Below are positions 35,552 through 46,026 of a DNA stretch of 64,000 nt, in pieces. This DNA comes from an uncultured Chloroflexia bacterium (GTDB lineage Bacteria > Chloroflexota > Anaerolineae > CG2-30-64-16), in the NCBI GenBank assembly GCA_963774265.1, contig CAVZDU010000003.1:32001-96000 (forward strand), in the 5' to 3' direction. The position numbers were made by a program, and so were the translations under genes. The number at the start of each line of letters is the position of its first letter. The stretch's first letter is position 1. Under the pieces are notes generated by a model. That model was not told where the DNA came from and ran no database searches. It saw nothing but the letters and a program-made list of their open reading frames with translations.

Positions 35552-37014
35552 CTACTCTTTCCTATTAGTGGCTTTTTTCGTGATCTCAGGGACTCGGTCT
35601 CCAACGCTAGGGCCCAGGAAACGGGCCAGACTTTCGTGGATGTGAACAGCCGCTTCGTGCTCGGTCTGAATCTGGGCAGCGAGTGCTTTTCCGTGCGCCT
35701 TCTTGTTAAGCAGGTGTGCGAGCCCTACGAGCGCCTCCTGAAACGTGGAAAGAGGCTCCTGTGACATCTCTGCCTGCTCTACCTCACCCCGGCGCCATTT
35801 TTCCAGCGCGTTCGTGCGAAGCAGGTCACGATGACGGCGGACTTCTTCGGGTTCACCAGGTACTGGAAGCGTTAGCGGCGTGTCGCTGCGGGGAATGCTG
35901 CGAGAGAGATTCTTCTCGAACGTGTTCGCCGCCTTGTCTCTGGCCGTTAGACCTTCGGGAAGATTGAACAGGGTCTTGATGGTGGCCGGCAGGGAGGAAT
36001 GCTCATAGATGGTTGAATCCACCTGCCCCTTTTCCACAAAGGGCGAAACAAGGATGGCCGGGACGCGAACCCCCAGGCGCGTGAAATCGAAGGGTGGATG
36101 TTTGGACTTTTTTCCATCCGGACTTGGCACCGAGCCAGGCGGTGGAACCCGATCGAAAAAGCCTCCATGTTCGTCATAGAGCACGACGAGCAAGCTCTTC
36201 TCCCAAAACGGGCTGTTGCGCAGGGTGTCGTAGACCTCGGCAATCAGGTATTCGCCCAGCCTCACGTCGTGCGGCGGGTGTTGGTCATTCGCTTTCCACT
36301 CATGAAAGTTGAGGTAGCGAGGCTCGATGAAGGTAGTAGGCGGCCAGGTCCCCCTTCTCCAGATCGGCGTAGAATTTCTCGAATCGCTTGAAGTGGTCCA
36401 GCGTGCGCCAGTGATGCTGCAAGATGATGCTTTGAGGAATGTCGCCATAGTAGATGTTCCATGACAACCCATTTTCGCCCAGAGCGTCGTAAATGGTCTT
36501 CATCTTGTAATTGTGCTCTAGCGGTGTCCACAATCATTCCGTCACACGTTGCGGCATGAGCGTAGAAGCGATTCAGCCACGTAGGACCTGGAACCGCAGA
36601 GAACCAGCGATCACAGACGCAGAATTCGCGCGCGAGGGTGGTCAGCGCCGGGATCTTGGCCGGGTCGAAGCATTCCATGATCTTCTTGCCAATCTCGACA
36701 TCGCCCTTTGCCTTTTCGATGTGGACGGCGACGAAGCCATTCATTGGCGCCGGGTCCACAACGTGCCCTGACTCGCCAAACAACTGCTTTTCGACACTGA
36801 CAAAGTCGTGAGCAGGGTCGACTGCGGTTATGTAGCCAGACGTGTTGCTCACACGGACTCGCTCAGAAGTTGGGTCTGACGGATCGACCAGATTGAATTC
36901 GTCGCCCGTCAGTCCATGGCCGTTGGGCAGGTAGCCCAGCATATGATCGTAGGAACGGTTCTCGAGCATGAGAACAATGACGTGCTCAATGGGAAAACGG
37001 TTGGGGGTGCTCAT
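35552..37014 (-). CDS. Phospholipase C / phosphoesterase (frameshifts)
   Basis: MLENRSYDH, PGPTWLNR, YDEHGGFFD, LGVRVPAILVSP. Confidence 0.88.
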
Positions 37015-37199
37015 GACAGTATCCTTCGTGCTTTGGGACCCTACACTGACGCTTCTCTCCGAACGGAAAAGCCGGTTAGGACGGCCCCTCCGGATCGAGC
37101 GTTTCGATGAGCTCCGAACTGAGGGGCCAACCGTGACTGAATACCACCGATCTTCCTGTTCTCGACTTCTTCTGCACCCTCAGCATAGAACTGTTCCTC

Positions 37200-38730
37200 T
37201 CAATATTTCGATGAGCTGACTGTCTTGAAATCAATAAACCCTTGCTGAACGTCAACGGATGTTAATCTCACGCGAATCCGGTCGCCGACATCCACGCCCT
37301 CGAACCCCCGCACCAGCTTGCCTTCAACTGGCACACTGAGAAGCCGAACCCACGTCCCCTTCTCGGAAGCACCTGTGACAATCGAATCAAACTGCTCTCC
37401 GATTCTCGATTCAAGCAGGAGCGCGGCCGCGGATTTGCCGACCTGCCGTTCGACCTTGTTGGCGGCATCCTCTTCCTCGGTGAAATGCTTGGCCAGCACA
37501 TCCAGTTCAGCATAGCTGTAGGGCGCAGCTCGGCCAGCCAGGGCGGCCTTCAATAGGCGTTGCGTGATCAGGTCGGTATAGCGACGATTCGGGGCGGTGG
37601 AGTGGGCATAGTCCTTGACCGCGAGGCCAAAGTGCCCTGGGGCCGTGTCGCCGGGTAGTTCTGCGACATATTCGCCCGCTCCCAGAAGTTTGATCACCGC
37701 GAGGGACAGGTCGGGGAAGCGCAGCGGATCGGCTGCTTTCTCCTTGACGAGGAACTCATCCAGTGCTTTTGAATCCGGGTTATCGGGCAGCCTGAATCCG
37801 TGTTCCTGGGCAAGCTCGACGATCCGATCCCAGCGCTTGGGCGTGCGCACCACACGGCGGATGGAAGGGAATTTCCTTGCCGCGAGATACCGGGCAGTCA
37901 CGCCGTTGGCCGCGATCATGAAATCCTCGATGAGCTCCTTGGCGCGGTTCTTTTGTTCTACTTCGAGATCGCGGATTTGGTCGCCGTCAAAGATCGGTTT
38001 CGCCTCGATGGTTTCCAGGCTCAGCGCCCCGTGGACGTGCCGCAAATTCTTCAGGCTCTGGGCGATCCGGTCCTGCACGCGCAGATTCTCCGCCAGTCCA
38101 TTGACGGCCGCGATCGGATGGTTGCCATCCGCCCCCTCGGGGACCGCGCCGTTCCCTTCCAGCCAGGCCGCCACGCTGTTATAGGCGAGCTTCGCATGAT
38201 TGCGAACGCGCGCCCGGTAGATATCCGAGCCCAGCAAGGAGCCGTCCGCGCCGATCACCATTTCCACGACAACGGCCAGGCGCTCCTCATCGAAATTCAG
38301 GGAGGTGAGATCGGTGGAAAGCTTTTCAGGCAGCATCGGGAAGATCTTGGCCGCCGTATACACCGAGGTCGTGTTGTGGCGCGCGTGCTCGTCAATGGCT
38401 GAGCCGTTCTTCACCAGCGCGTCCACGTCAGCCACGGCCACACGAATCTTGACTTTGTCTCCGGGCAGGGCCTCGGCGACGGTGAGCTGATCCAGGTCGC
38501 GGGAGTCATCGTTGTCAATGGAAGCCCACAGGAGATCCGTCAGGTCACGAATCTCCGACGGGATCTCCAACTGGCTCACCGTTCACGCCTGCGGGCGCCT
38601 GAATCCTGTCAAGTTCGGCAAGCACCGCGGCCGAAAAGTCAGGGAGCAAGCCTCGCTCGAGCATCGCCCTGTGGGCAATGCTCTCCAAGATCGCACGGTG
38701 CTGTTGATCAGTGTGTTGTGTTTGTGGCAT
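37200..38730 (-). CDS. RNB-domain ribonuclease (frameshift near 5' end)
   Basis: SIDNDDSRDLDQ, IEDFMIAAN, HSTAPNRRY. Confidence 0.88.
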
Positions 38731-38788
38731 GGGAGTTGCTCCTGATTGCTGCCGAGCCGCGCCGCAAAGAGAAGGCACTCACGGCAGA

Positions 38789-40342
38789 TCAAGCGTGCCC
38801 CAAATGCGACGTCGGCCGCAACCCCTTCCAAATTCGCAGGACCGCCAGCAGCGCGAGCGCCAACAGGGCGGTCATCGCCGCCAGGGCCCAGCGGTCGACC
38901 GGGACTTCGGCGACTGCACCGGGTAACGCGGCCAGCGGGGCCACTGCGACCGGGAGCAGAACAGGCGCCTGAATGGGCGCCGGGTTGAGCGCCAGGTGCG
39001 CGGGCTCGGTGTTGATCTCACCCAAAGCCCAGGCGGCCTGGGCCCGCACCGCGGGATTCGGGTCCGAAAGCAACGGGGCCAAATCGGCCGCGGCGTCGGC
39101 CGGTTTCAGCCAGCCGAGCATTTCCGCGGCGTTGGCGCGGACCACCGCGTTGCCGTCGCGCAGGGCCGCCACCAATGGCATCACCGCGGACTGGCCTGCC
39201 ATCTCCAGCCCGCCCATCGCAGCGTGCCGCGTCGACGTCATCTCCGGGTCAACAAGCGGCGCCATGAGCGCGGCCATGGCCGCAGGTGTACCGATGGCCG
39301 CCAGCGCCTCGGCCGCCACCCGCTGGGCTTGGGGGTCGTCGGCGCCGAGCAACGCGGCCAGCCCAGGAACGGCCTGCGGAGACTTAAGCAAGCCAAGCGC
39401 CAGCGCGGCCCTGGTTCGCACTACTGTCGGCGCAGATCCCAGCATGTTTATGAGCTCAGCGCTGACCGAGCGATTGGCGATCGAGCGATCGATGATCGCC
39501 CGATCGCCGATGCGTCCGATGGCCTCCGCGATGCGCTGCCCGGCAAGGGCGTCGGGATCGGCCAGGGCCTTCATCAGATCAGGAAGCGCTGCCGGGCCTC
39601 CTATCAGCCCGATGGCCCGCGCCGCAGAGGCGCGGACGGCGGGGTTGCCATCCTGGAGCAAGCCCATCAGTTCAGGACTCATCTGCAGACTCACCGTAGA
39701 GCTGCCTGTACTATTGACTGCAACGACCGATAACGGTTGGCCAGCGACCGGCTCCAGGCGCCATACGGGCGTGTCGCTGAGTTCCGCGCGGCTCAACTGA
39801 AGCCACTGCCGGCCGCCGTCTACGCTCACGGCAACGCCCCACGGGGTGAGGTGGGCGGTGTTGGTCCCCAGCCAGATGTTGGTGGCCGCATAGACGATCT
39901 GTTCATCCTCCGGATCGATGGCCAAAGCGGTCACCGCGAGCGGCGCTGCATTGCCCCCCGCCAGAACCGTGCTGTCAACCAGCTGCCATGAGGCGCCACC
40001 ATCATTGCTCCTGAGCAAGCCGAGGGACTCAGTGCCGACGAACACCAGGCCCGGCGTCCCCTGGGGGACCGCCATCGCCAGCGGCCGGCTTGGCAGAGCG
40101 CCGGCCTGCGACCAGCTGGTCCCCGCGTCGTCGCTGACCCAGACGCCGTCAGCCTGGCGGGTGTAGAGCCTCTGCGGCGGTGTGCTGTCAGTAGTCTGCC
40201 AAGCGGCTGCGGCCGGCGTCATGCCGCCGAGGAGCACGCCAAGCGCCAGACCGAGCATCACCCGCATGAGGGTCATTCGACGCGAACCGGTCTGTTTCTC
40301 AACCATCCTACGAACCTGCGAAGTCTTGTGTGCGACCAACAT
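38789..40342 (-). CDS. Exported BNR/Asp-box plus HEAT-repeat protein with C-terminal TM
   Basis: SDDAGTSW, SNDGGASW, SVDGGRQW Asp boxes; repeated VRAxAAxALG HEAT units. Confidence 0.7.
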   Translation of the reverse strand: MLVAHKTSQVRRMVEKQTGSRRMTLMRVMLGLALGVLLGGMTPAAAAWQTTDSTPPQRLYTRQADGVWVSDDAGTSWSQAGALPSRPLAMAVPQGTPGLVFVGTESLGLLRSNDGGASWQLVDSTVLAGGNAAPLAVTALAIDPEDEQIVYAATNIWLGTNTAHLTPWGVAVSVDGGRQWLQLSRAELSDTPVWRLEPVAGQPLSVVAVNSTGSSTVSLQMSPELMGLLQDGNPAVRASAARAIGLIGGPAALPDLMKALADPDALAGQRIAEAIGRIGDRAIIDRSIANRSVSAELINMLGSAPTVVRTRAALALGLLKSPQAVPGLAALLGADDPQAQRVAAEALAAIGTPAAMAALMAPLVDPEMTSTRHAAMGGLEMAGQSAVMPLVAALRDGNAVVRANAAEMLGWLKPADAAADLAPLLSDPNPAVRAQAAWALGEINTEPAHLALNPAPIQAPVLLPVAVAPLAALPGAVAEVPVDRWALAAMTALLALALLAVLRIWKGLRPTSHLGHA

Positions 40343-40508
40343 ATTTGCCTCCTGCCGGGGCGCCATCAGTTAGCACGTCCCGTGTGGACCCCTGTGGATA
40401 GCTCACTTATGGGGACAGCCCTTGAGCAGAAAGGCAGCGAAATCGGGTCGACGAGGCGATAAAGCAGGGGCGCTACCGCCTCGTCGGACAGCAATGACAG
40501 AGTCCGAG

Positions 40509-40742
40509 TTACTTTTTGCCCAATCCGCGCTTGCTGTCGCGTGCGGAATCCTTGAGCTTGTTCTTCACGTCGTGAGCGGCATCCTTGACGTCGTTCTTCG
40601 CGTCATGGGTGGTATCCATGGCTTTGTTTTTTGCGTCATGAGCGGCATCCTTGACGTCGTTTTTCGCGTTGTGTGCCGCATCCTTGACGGTGTTCTTCAG
40701 GTCCTGAGCGGCATCCTTAGCCTTCTGTGTGTTCTTAGACAT
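40509..40742 (-). CDS. LEA-like hydrophilic protein with 11-mer repeats
   Basis: KDAAQDLKNTV KDAAHNAKNDV KDAAHDAKNKA MDTTHDAKNDV KDAAHDVKNKL. Confidence 0.7.
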   Translation of the reverse strand: MSKNTQKAKDAAQDLKNTVKDAAHNAKNDVKDAAHDAKNKAMDTTHDAKNDVKDAAHDVKNKLKDSARDSKRGLGKK

Positions 40743-40787
40743 ACATCCCTCCGGATTGGTGATATGGCGAACTGCAATCAGACAGAT

Positions 40788-41276
40788 CTATCTGACACGC
40801 GTGTCGATTTGGCTCGATGTCGTGCGCACGCCGCGGCGCGAGTCTCCCGTTACCAGCCCCACTGCTTTGACCAGGATCCATGCGATCAGTGCGTAGACGA
40901 GGATTGCCACCAGTGGATTCACCTCGAACACGCTGCCCCCAAAGCGCGCCGTCCCAAACAGCCCCACGAACGGGGCGAGGAACGGTTTCGTGATGCTGTA
41001 GATGAACTGCGCAAAACCTGCGTTTCGGTTAGCGCCGAGCAGAGGCAAGATGAAGCGGATGGCGAGCAGCCCCTCCAGAATTCCGAACAACAGATAAATG
41101 CCATTTTGGACTCTGAGGGTTCCCTCGCGCCGCACAGCATACGGATCGCTGGTAAAGGTCTCCGTCTGGTGCGCCGTCGTACGGGCAGGGTCACTCGTGC
41201 TTACATCCACAGTCCTAACGTCCGCACGGTTGGGATTCATGACCCCGGTATACTCTTCGCGTCGTTCGATTGTCAT
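40788..41276 (-). CDS. YggT family membrane protein, copy 1
   Basis: ILEGLLAIRFILPLLGAN...FIYSITKPFLAPFVGLF. Confidence 0.75.
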   Translation of the reverse strand: MTIERREEYTGVMNPNRADVRTVDVSTSDPARTTAHQTETFTSDPYAVRREGTLRVQNGIYLLFGILEGLLAIRFILPLLGANRNAGFAQFIYSITKPFLAPFVGLFGTARFGGSVFEVNPLVAILVYALIAWILVKAVGLVTGDSRRGVRTTSSQIDTRVR

Positions 41277-41323
41277 AGTGTTGTGCTCTCCGATCAAGTA
41301 GATCTCAACTGCTCGCGTTCTGG

Positions 41324-41585
41324 CTATAATCTGCGACCGGAAACGGCCCGCAGGATTGCGATCAGGATCACCGCGCCGATGAAGGCCACGAGGATGCTGG
41401 TGACGTTGATGCCGTTTACGGCATTCGGGCATCTTCAGCAACGTTGCGGCCAGGAAGCCGCCGATCACGGCGCCCACTGCGCCCACGATGATGTCGCCGA
41501 TGAGGCCGTAGCCTCCGCCGCGCATCACCTGGCTGGCCAAGAAGCCAGCGATCAACCCAACCACGATCCATGCGAGAATACCCAT
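41324..41585 (-). CDS. GlsB/YeaQ/YmgE family protein, copy 2 (1-nt insertion)
   Basis: 262 nt versus 261 nt for the intact paralogue at 47378-47638. Confidence 0.85.
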
Positions 41586-41661
41586 TGTTCCACCCTTCCT
41601 TTTTCTGAGAGACGGCTATCTCCGTCAACCACCTGCCGGATTCGCTTTTCCGTCCATTGGT

Positions 41662-41760
41662 AGCATAACAGAAGGGGGCGGCCCTGTCGTCAGTGCAAAC
41701 GCTTGGTCTAGCATAGCAAAAGGACCGCCTTTTGGGCGGCCCTTGCACCTTTTGTTGCAT
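41662..41760 (-). promoter_or_regulatory. Conserved upstream element, copy E
   Basis: GTCGTCAGTGCAAACGCT box, hairpin, TATGCT. Confidence 0.8.
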
Positions 41761-41880
41761 GCTGTTTGGTGTATCTACCGCTTCTTAGTCCGCCTTGCAG
41801 CGGTGGGGGTACGCAGAAAGCGGGCCAAGCATTTGCAGATCGAACTCGGTGCAGCCGGATGAGCCTCGTGGTGTCGCCGT

Positions 41881-42913
41881 CTATCCCAGTGCGCGCAGGT
41901 CACGTCGTCGGTTTCTCTTTTCAAGCCACGTGAGCAGGTGGTAGTTGCCAAAACCGATCACTACCATCGCCAACAGGAACGCCGGATATGCGATCCTCCA
42001 GTTCTCAGGTCCGATCATCATAGACCACTCTGACATCCCGCCGATTCCAGCCAGGAGCGTGAGCGGCATGAAAGATAGTGGTGATGATAGTCAGCCGTCT
42101 GACTGTCGCGTTTGTCTCATTGGCGGCTTTGGTCATCTGGTTGTTCAGCATCGACAGGTACATTTCCATGAGACTGGTGACGATATCCCGGTAAGACTCG
42201 GTCAACTCGAAGAATCCCACAAGATGGTCGTAGATGTCTCGATAGTGGAAGATTGCCTTTTCCGTTATGAAGGGACAATCTTTGCGACAGATCTTGACGA
42301 GGATCTCCCGCTCGTGGAAAAGACTCTTGCGGAGACTCAACAGGTACCGACGGAATCGGATCAGCTCTGCGGGATTGAAGCTTGAAACGTCAGCCAGCAT
42401 CGCACCTTCTACGGTGTCCAGCTCGTCTTCGAGCGCTTCAATCGCCGTAAACTTTTGATCCACCACGTAGTCCAGGATGACGTGCATCAGGAAGGACGGT
42501 CCGTGCCGAGCACTCTGGATGTTCGTCTCCACGATGTGCTCAATGCCATCCAAAAGCCGGCGATTTTCGGAATTGCGTTGGCTGACGGTAACCAGAAAGT
42601 TGTCGCCGATAAACAGATCGATCTCGCCGATCGAGAGTTCTTTATTTGAATAGTCAAAGGAGTTGAAGAGAATAAAGGTGCTTCTAGGAAAGTCTTCAAT
42701 CTTGGGAATCTCGTTTTCGTCAAAACAATCCTCGATAGAAAGTGGATGGAGACCCAAGGGATCGATGAGGTTCGAGAGTTCCTCCTTCGTTGTCTGGCAG
42801 TAATGCAGCCACACAAAACCTCCGTCCTTGGCCGCAGCCAGAGCCGCGTCAACGGTTGCGACTTGCGAGAGTTCTCCTGCCTTAGAGATATGATAGAACA
42901 ATGATTCGGACAT
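41881..42913 (-). CDS. corA: CorA family Mg2+ transporter (frameshift near 3' end)
   Basis: GLHPLSIEDC, RDIYDHL, NATVRRLTIITTIF, PLTLLAGIGGMSE. Confidence 0.85.
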
Positions 42914-43106
42914 TACTGCCTCCGTCGACTCGCAAGACCAGACTCGACACGCGCCAAATAGCGTTAAGGCCTCATCCTCGCGAATGCTGCACTACGAGGA
43001 CCGTGATAAACGCCGTCTTGCGGCCCCGAAACTGCCCCATTCCCGCCTGATGTCTCAGACCCAACCGAGCTCCGCTGTTTGCGCCAATTGCGAGCAGCGT
43101 GGCGAT

Positions 43107-43757
43107 CTAGCCTGCCAGCCGCGGCGTCGACTTTCCTCTAAGAAACAAGGTCAACACAAGCCCTGCGATGAATCCGCCGATGTGCGCTATGTAGGCGACG
43201 CCACCCGTCTGCGCTGTGTTGGCAACGGAACCGATGCCGCTGAAAAACTGCAGAACGATCCAGAGCCCAATGACCACCAGTGCAGGCATTGGAATCACGC
43301 GTGTACCCATCAACACGTTGACTGCTCCCTTCGGAAACAGGAAGAGATAAGCGCCGAGCACGCCGGCAATCGCTCCCGAGGCTCCCAGATTCGGCACATT
43401 TGATCCCGCGCTAAAAGCCAACTGGGCGAAAGTGGCTGCAATACCACAGAGTAGGTAGAAAATGATGAACTTGAGATGCCCGAAACGGTCTTCTACGTTG
43501 TCGCCGAAGATCCATAAGTAGAGCATGTTGCCTCCCAGGTGAACCCACCCGGCGTGCATGAACATGGACGTGAAGATGGTCAAAAAATCAGCGCCGGGAT
43601 TGGCAAGGAAGCGGCCGGGGACAAAGGCCCACTTCTCGATGAAAGCGTCACCACCACTCAACTCCACAAAGAAGAACAGGACATTTAGAGCGATCAAGAC
43701 ATAGGTGACCACCGGGAAAGTTCTGCGAGCGCTATCATCATCACCGATCGGGAACAC
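43107..43757 (-). CDS. Rhomboid intramembrane protease
   Basis: MFMHAGWVHLGGNM, GASGA, AHIGGF. Confidence 0.92.
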   Translation of the reverse strand: MFPIGDDDSARRTFPVVTYVLIALNVLFFFVELSGGDAFIEKWAFVPGRFLANPGADFLTIFTSMFMHAGWVHLGGNMLYLWIFGDNVEDRFGHLKFIIFYLLCGIAATFAQLAFSAGSNVPNLGASGAIAGVLGAYLFLFPKGAVNVLMGTRVIPMPALVVIGLWIVLQFFSGIGSVANTAQTGGVAYIAHIGGFIAGLVLTLFLRGKSTPRLAG

Positions 43758-43915
43758 AGGATTTGCCTCTTTCTACTTTGCGCATGGCTTCGTCTGAGCT
43801 AAGCTGCGTTGGTTTTCTCATAGGACGCCCCTCATACTCCTCCAGGTTGATCTAGTGAGCAGTAAACGATGAGGCCAACCAGCCCCTGGGAACGGCCAAG
43901 CCTCTACGCGCTGCC

Positions 43916-44362
43916 TCACGGGTTCACGAGTTTACGATATGCCACATACCCATCAGATAGCATATCTGCGGAAGAAGCATCACCGCGAGCAAGCAAAGTG
44001 ACGAGCTCATCACGCTGGGCAAACAGCGGCTGTACTCCCTCTATTTGTGCCTGCGACAGGGCCGAATCAACCCCTGCGTCGGCTTCTGCCTGCAAGGAAG
44101 TGAAGAAGTCACTCGCCGCTTGACGGGCTGGCTCATAATCGCCCCGCCGCGCCTCAATTACTGCCGATGCCAGGCTATTCAGTATCCTCGCCAGCCTCAG
44201 TTGGCGCTTTGCCTCAGGAAAACCAATGGAGCATTCCTGAAATTTGAGCCACGTGGGGACGAAGCCGAGCAGGAAGGCGAGGAGCAGCTGGGTAACATAG
44301 AGGATGAAGCGCCGTATCCGGTGAGTGGTCTTGACCGGTTTGGATTGCATGTTTTCGCTCAT
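43916..44362 (-). CDS. Hypothetical single-TM protein
   Basis: AGGAG SD; LLLAFLLGFVP TM followed by a helical domain. Confidence 0.55.
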   Translation of the reverse strand: MSENMQSKPVKTTHRIRRFILYVTQLLLAFLLGFVPTWLKFQECSIGFPEAKRQLRLARILNSLASAVIEARRGDYEPARQAASDFFTSLQAEADAGVDSALSQAQIEGVQPLFAQRDELVTLLARGDASSADMLSDGYVAYRKLVNP

Positions 44363-44515
44363 AGACAACTCCTTAGCGTGGCTCCCATCAGGTGGCGGCA
44401 AACGCGATCAGACCCGTCTAAGCGGGACGCTGAGTGAAAGGCCGTCAGCGCCCCGCTGCCCGGAAGATGAACTTGAAAATCGCCAGCAGCAGGTCTTTGT
44501 TCAGCGTTTCTGCCT

Positions 44516-45051
44516 TCAAACCACCAGGCGATTGAAGAAGGAGCGGTAGCGCTGCAAGGCCTTGCGGAGATCTTCAGTAGAGACATCATTGCCCTGATTC
44601 CACTGGCTCGTCCAGCGAGCTATGTTCGTTGGCAAACATCTGGGTGATTTGCTCGACCACCTCAGATACCAGCGCATCCGCCTGCTGGACAGCAGAGCGC
44701 GGTTCATCCACAAACTTGCCCTGGATCTCATTCCAGCGCGTGCGAAAATGCTCTGATTCCTCGCGGTTAAGCAGAGCCGCCGATGATCCGGCATTCGTGC
44801 CGACAGGGGCTTCGTGGGTAATCGCTCGGCCATTGGGGCTGTAGGACCTCGTTGGACTGGACAATCGTCTCGTCCATCGGGCCAACGGCAGCAACGGTCT
44901 CGCCCATCGGCGCCTCGTGGATAGGCGCCGCTTCCACTGGGACTTCATCGGCAAGAGGATCCGAATTTGCTACCGGGCTGTTCGTGTCCTTTTCGGTTCT
45001 CTCAACGATACTCCAGGGAATGGAACGTTCTCCAGTATTCTGTTCATTCAT
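44516..45051 (-). CDS. Hypothetical protein (frameshifts)
   Basis: RWNEIQGKFVDEPRSAVQQADALV...STEDLRKALQRYRSFFNRL. Confidence 0.65.
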
Positions 45052-45611
45052 GTCTGTTTCTCCTTTACAACGACTGGCTCTGTTCCGAGAAGTTCCTCGA
45101 ACAGAGAACGGTAATAAATCATTGCCTGCCTTAATTCTTCAGTGTCTGCCTGGTGCTGCTCGTTCTTGATCGCGATCTCCCGCGCGGCGCGGTAATTGCT
45201 CACCAAAGCAGGATAATTGACCGAGATATCGGCCGCCCGCTGCTCAAAATCAGATACTGGATAGGCACGCGTCTGCATGACTTGCATGATCAGGCGGTCG
45301 GCATCTACGATCGCCTGTCCCGGTTCGTCGACAAACTTGGATTGGACAGCAGTCCAATCAGCCAGATAACGCTCGCGCTCGCTTACAGAAAGTGGACGAA
45401 TATCCAAAGCCTCAACATGCTTCCGCCGTTCTTCCAGCTCTGTTTGTGCTTTCTTCTCGCCACCCATGGCCTGCACAGTGCGATCATACTCAGGTCCCAA
45501 CTGATCATGGAGCCGCCTCGAACGCCTACGGCGAACAAGGATCAGGCCTATCAGGGCCGCTATTGCCACTAATACCAGAACAAGGACGGCAGTCATCTCT
45601 GTATTATTCAC
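45048..45611 (-). CDS. Hypothetical membrane-anchored protein, paralogue of the adjacent gene
   Basis: N-terminal TM; WTAVQSKFVDEPGQAIVDADRL...TEELRQAMIYYRSLFEELL. Confidence 0.7.
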   Translation of the reverse strand: MNNTEMTAVLVLVLVAIAALIGLILVRRRRSRRLHDQLGPEYDRTVQAMGGEKKAQTELEERRKHVEALDIRPLSVSERERYLADWTAVQSKFVDEPGQAIVDADRLIMQVMQTRAYPVSDFEQRAADISVNYPALVSNYRAAREIAIKNEQHQADTEELRQAMIYYRSLFEELLGTEPVVVKEKQT

Positions 45612-45765
45612 AAGACACCTCCTGGTGTTTGGGAATCACGAGTCCTGCGTGTTTGTACGACTTACTGCACTTCAGGATGCTGGCATGCCGGCATCCCGGA
45701 TGGCGCCAGACATTCGGCCCGCCCAGACACGAATGCGTGATCCGATTGTGGGCGGGCCTTAGTCT

Positions 45766-45969
45766 CTATCCCGTGACCTCTTTTAGCCGACGATCGAATT
45801 CCTGTTCGGCTTTCTCACGGGTATAGCCGTACTTCTGCTGGAGCAGGCCGATGAGTTGATCGGCTTTGCCCCCCGCCTTGTCCAGGTCGTCGTCGGTGAG
45901 CTCGCCCCACCACCCTCTGACCTGGCCTTGCATTTCCTTCCATTTGCCTTCGAATATGTCCCTGTTCAT
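45766..45969 (-). CDS. CsbD family general stress protein
   Basis: MNRDIFEGKWKEMQGQVRGWWGELTDDDL...LQQKYGYTRE. Confidence 0.92.
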   Translation of the reverse strand: MNRDIFEGKWKEMQGQVRGWWGELTDDDLDKAGGKADQLIGLLQQKYGYTREKAEQEFDRRLKEVTG

Positions 45970-46026
45970 CGTGTAACCCTCCTCTTTCCTTCAATCTGAA
46001 ACCTGGAAGACCGCTCTGCCTTCCAT

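Larger units (their letters stand above)
40788..41819. repeat. ~1-kb dispersed direct repeat, copy 1 (YggT + GlsB + upstream region)
   Basis: Colinear with 46844-47873, with long identical stretches. Confidence 0.9.

Noticed and set aside
40788-41585. Apparent GlsB-YggT fusion protein
   Set aside because: Caused by one extra base; the paralogous region at 46844-47638 has two separate genes
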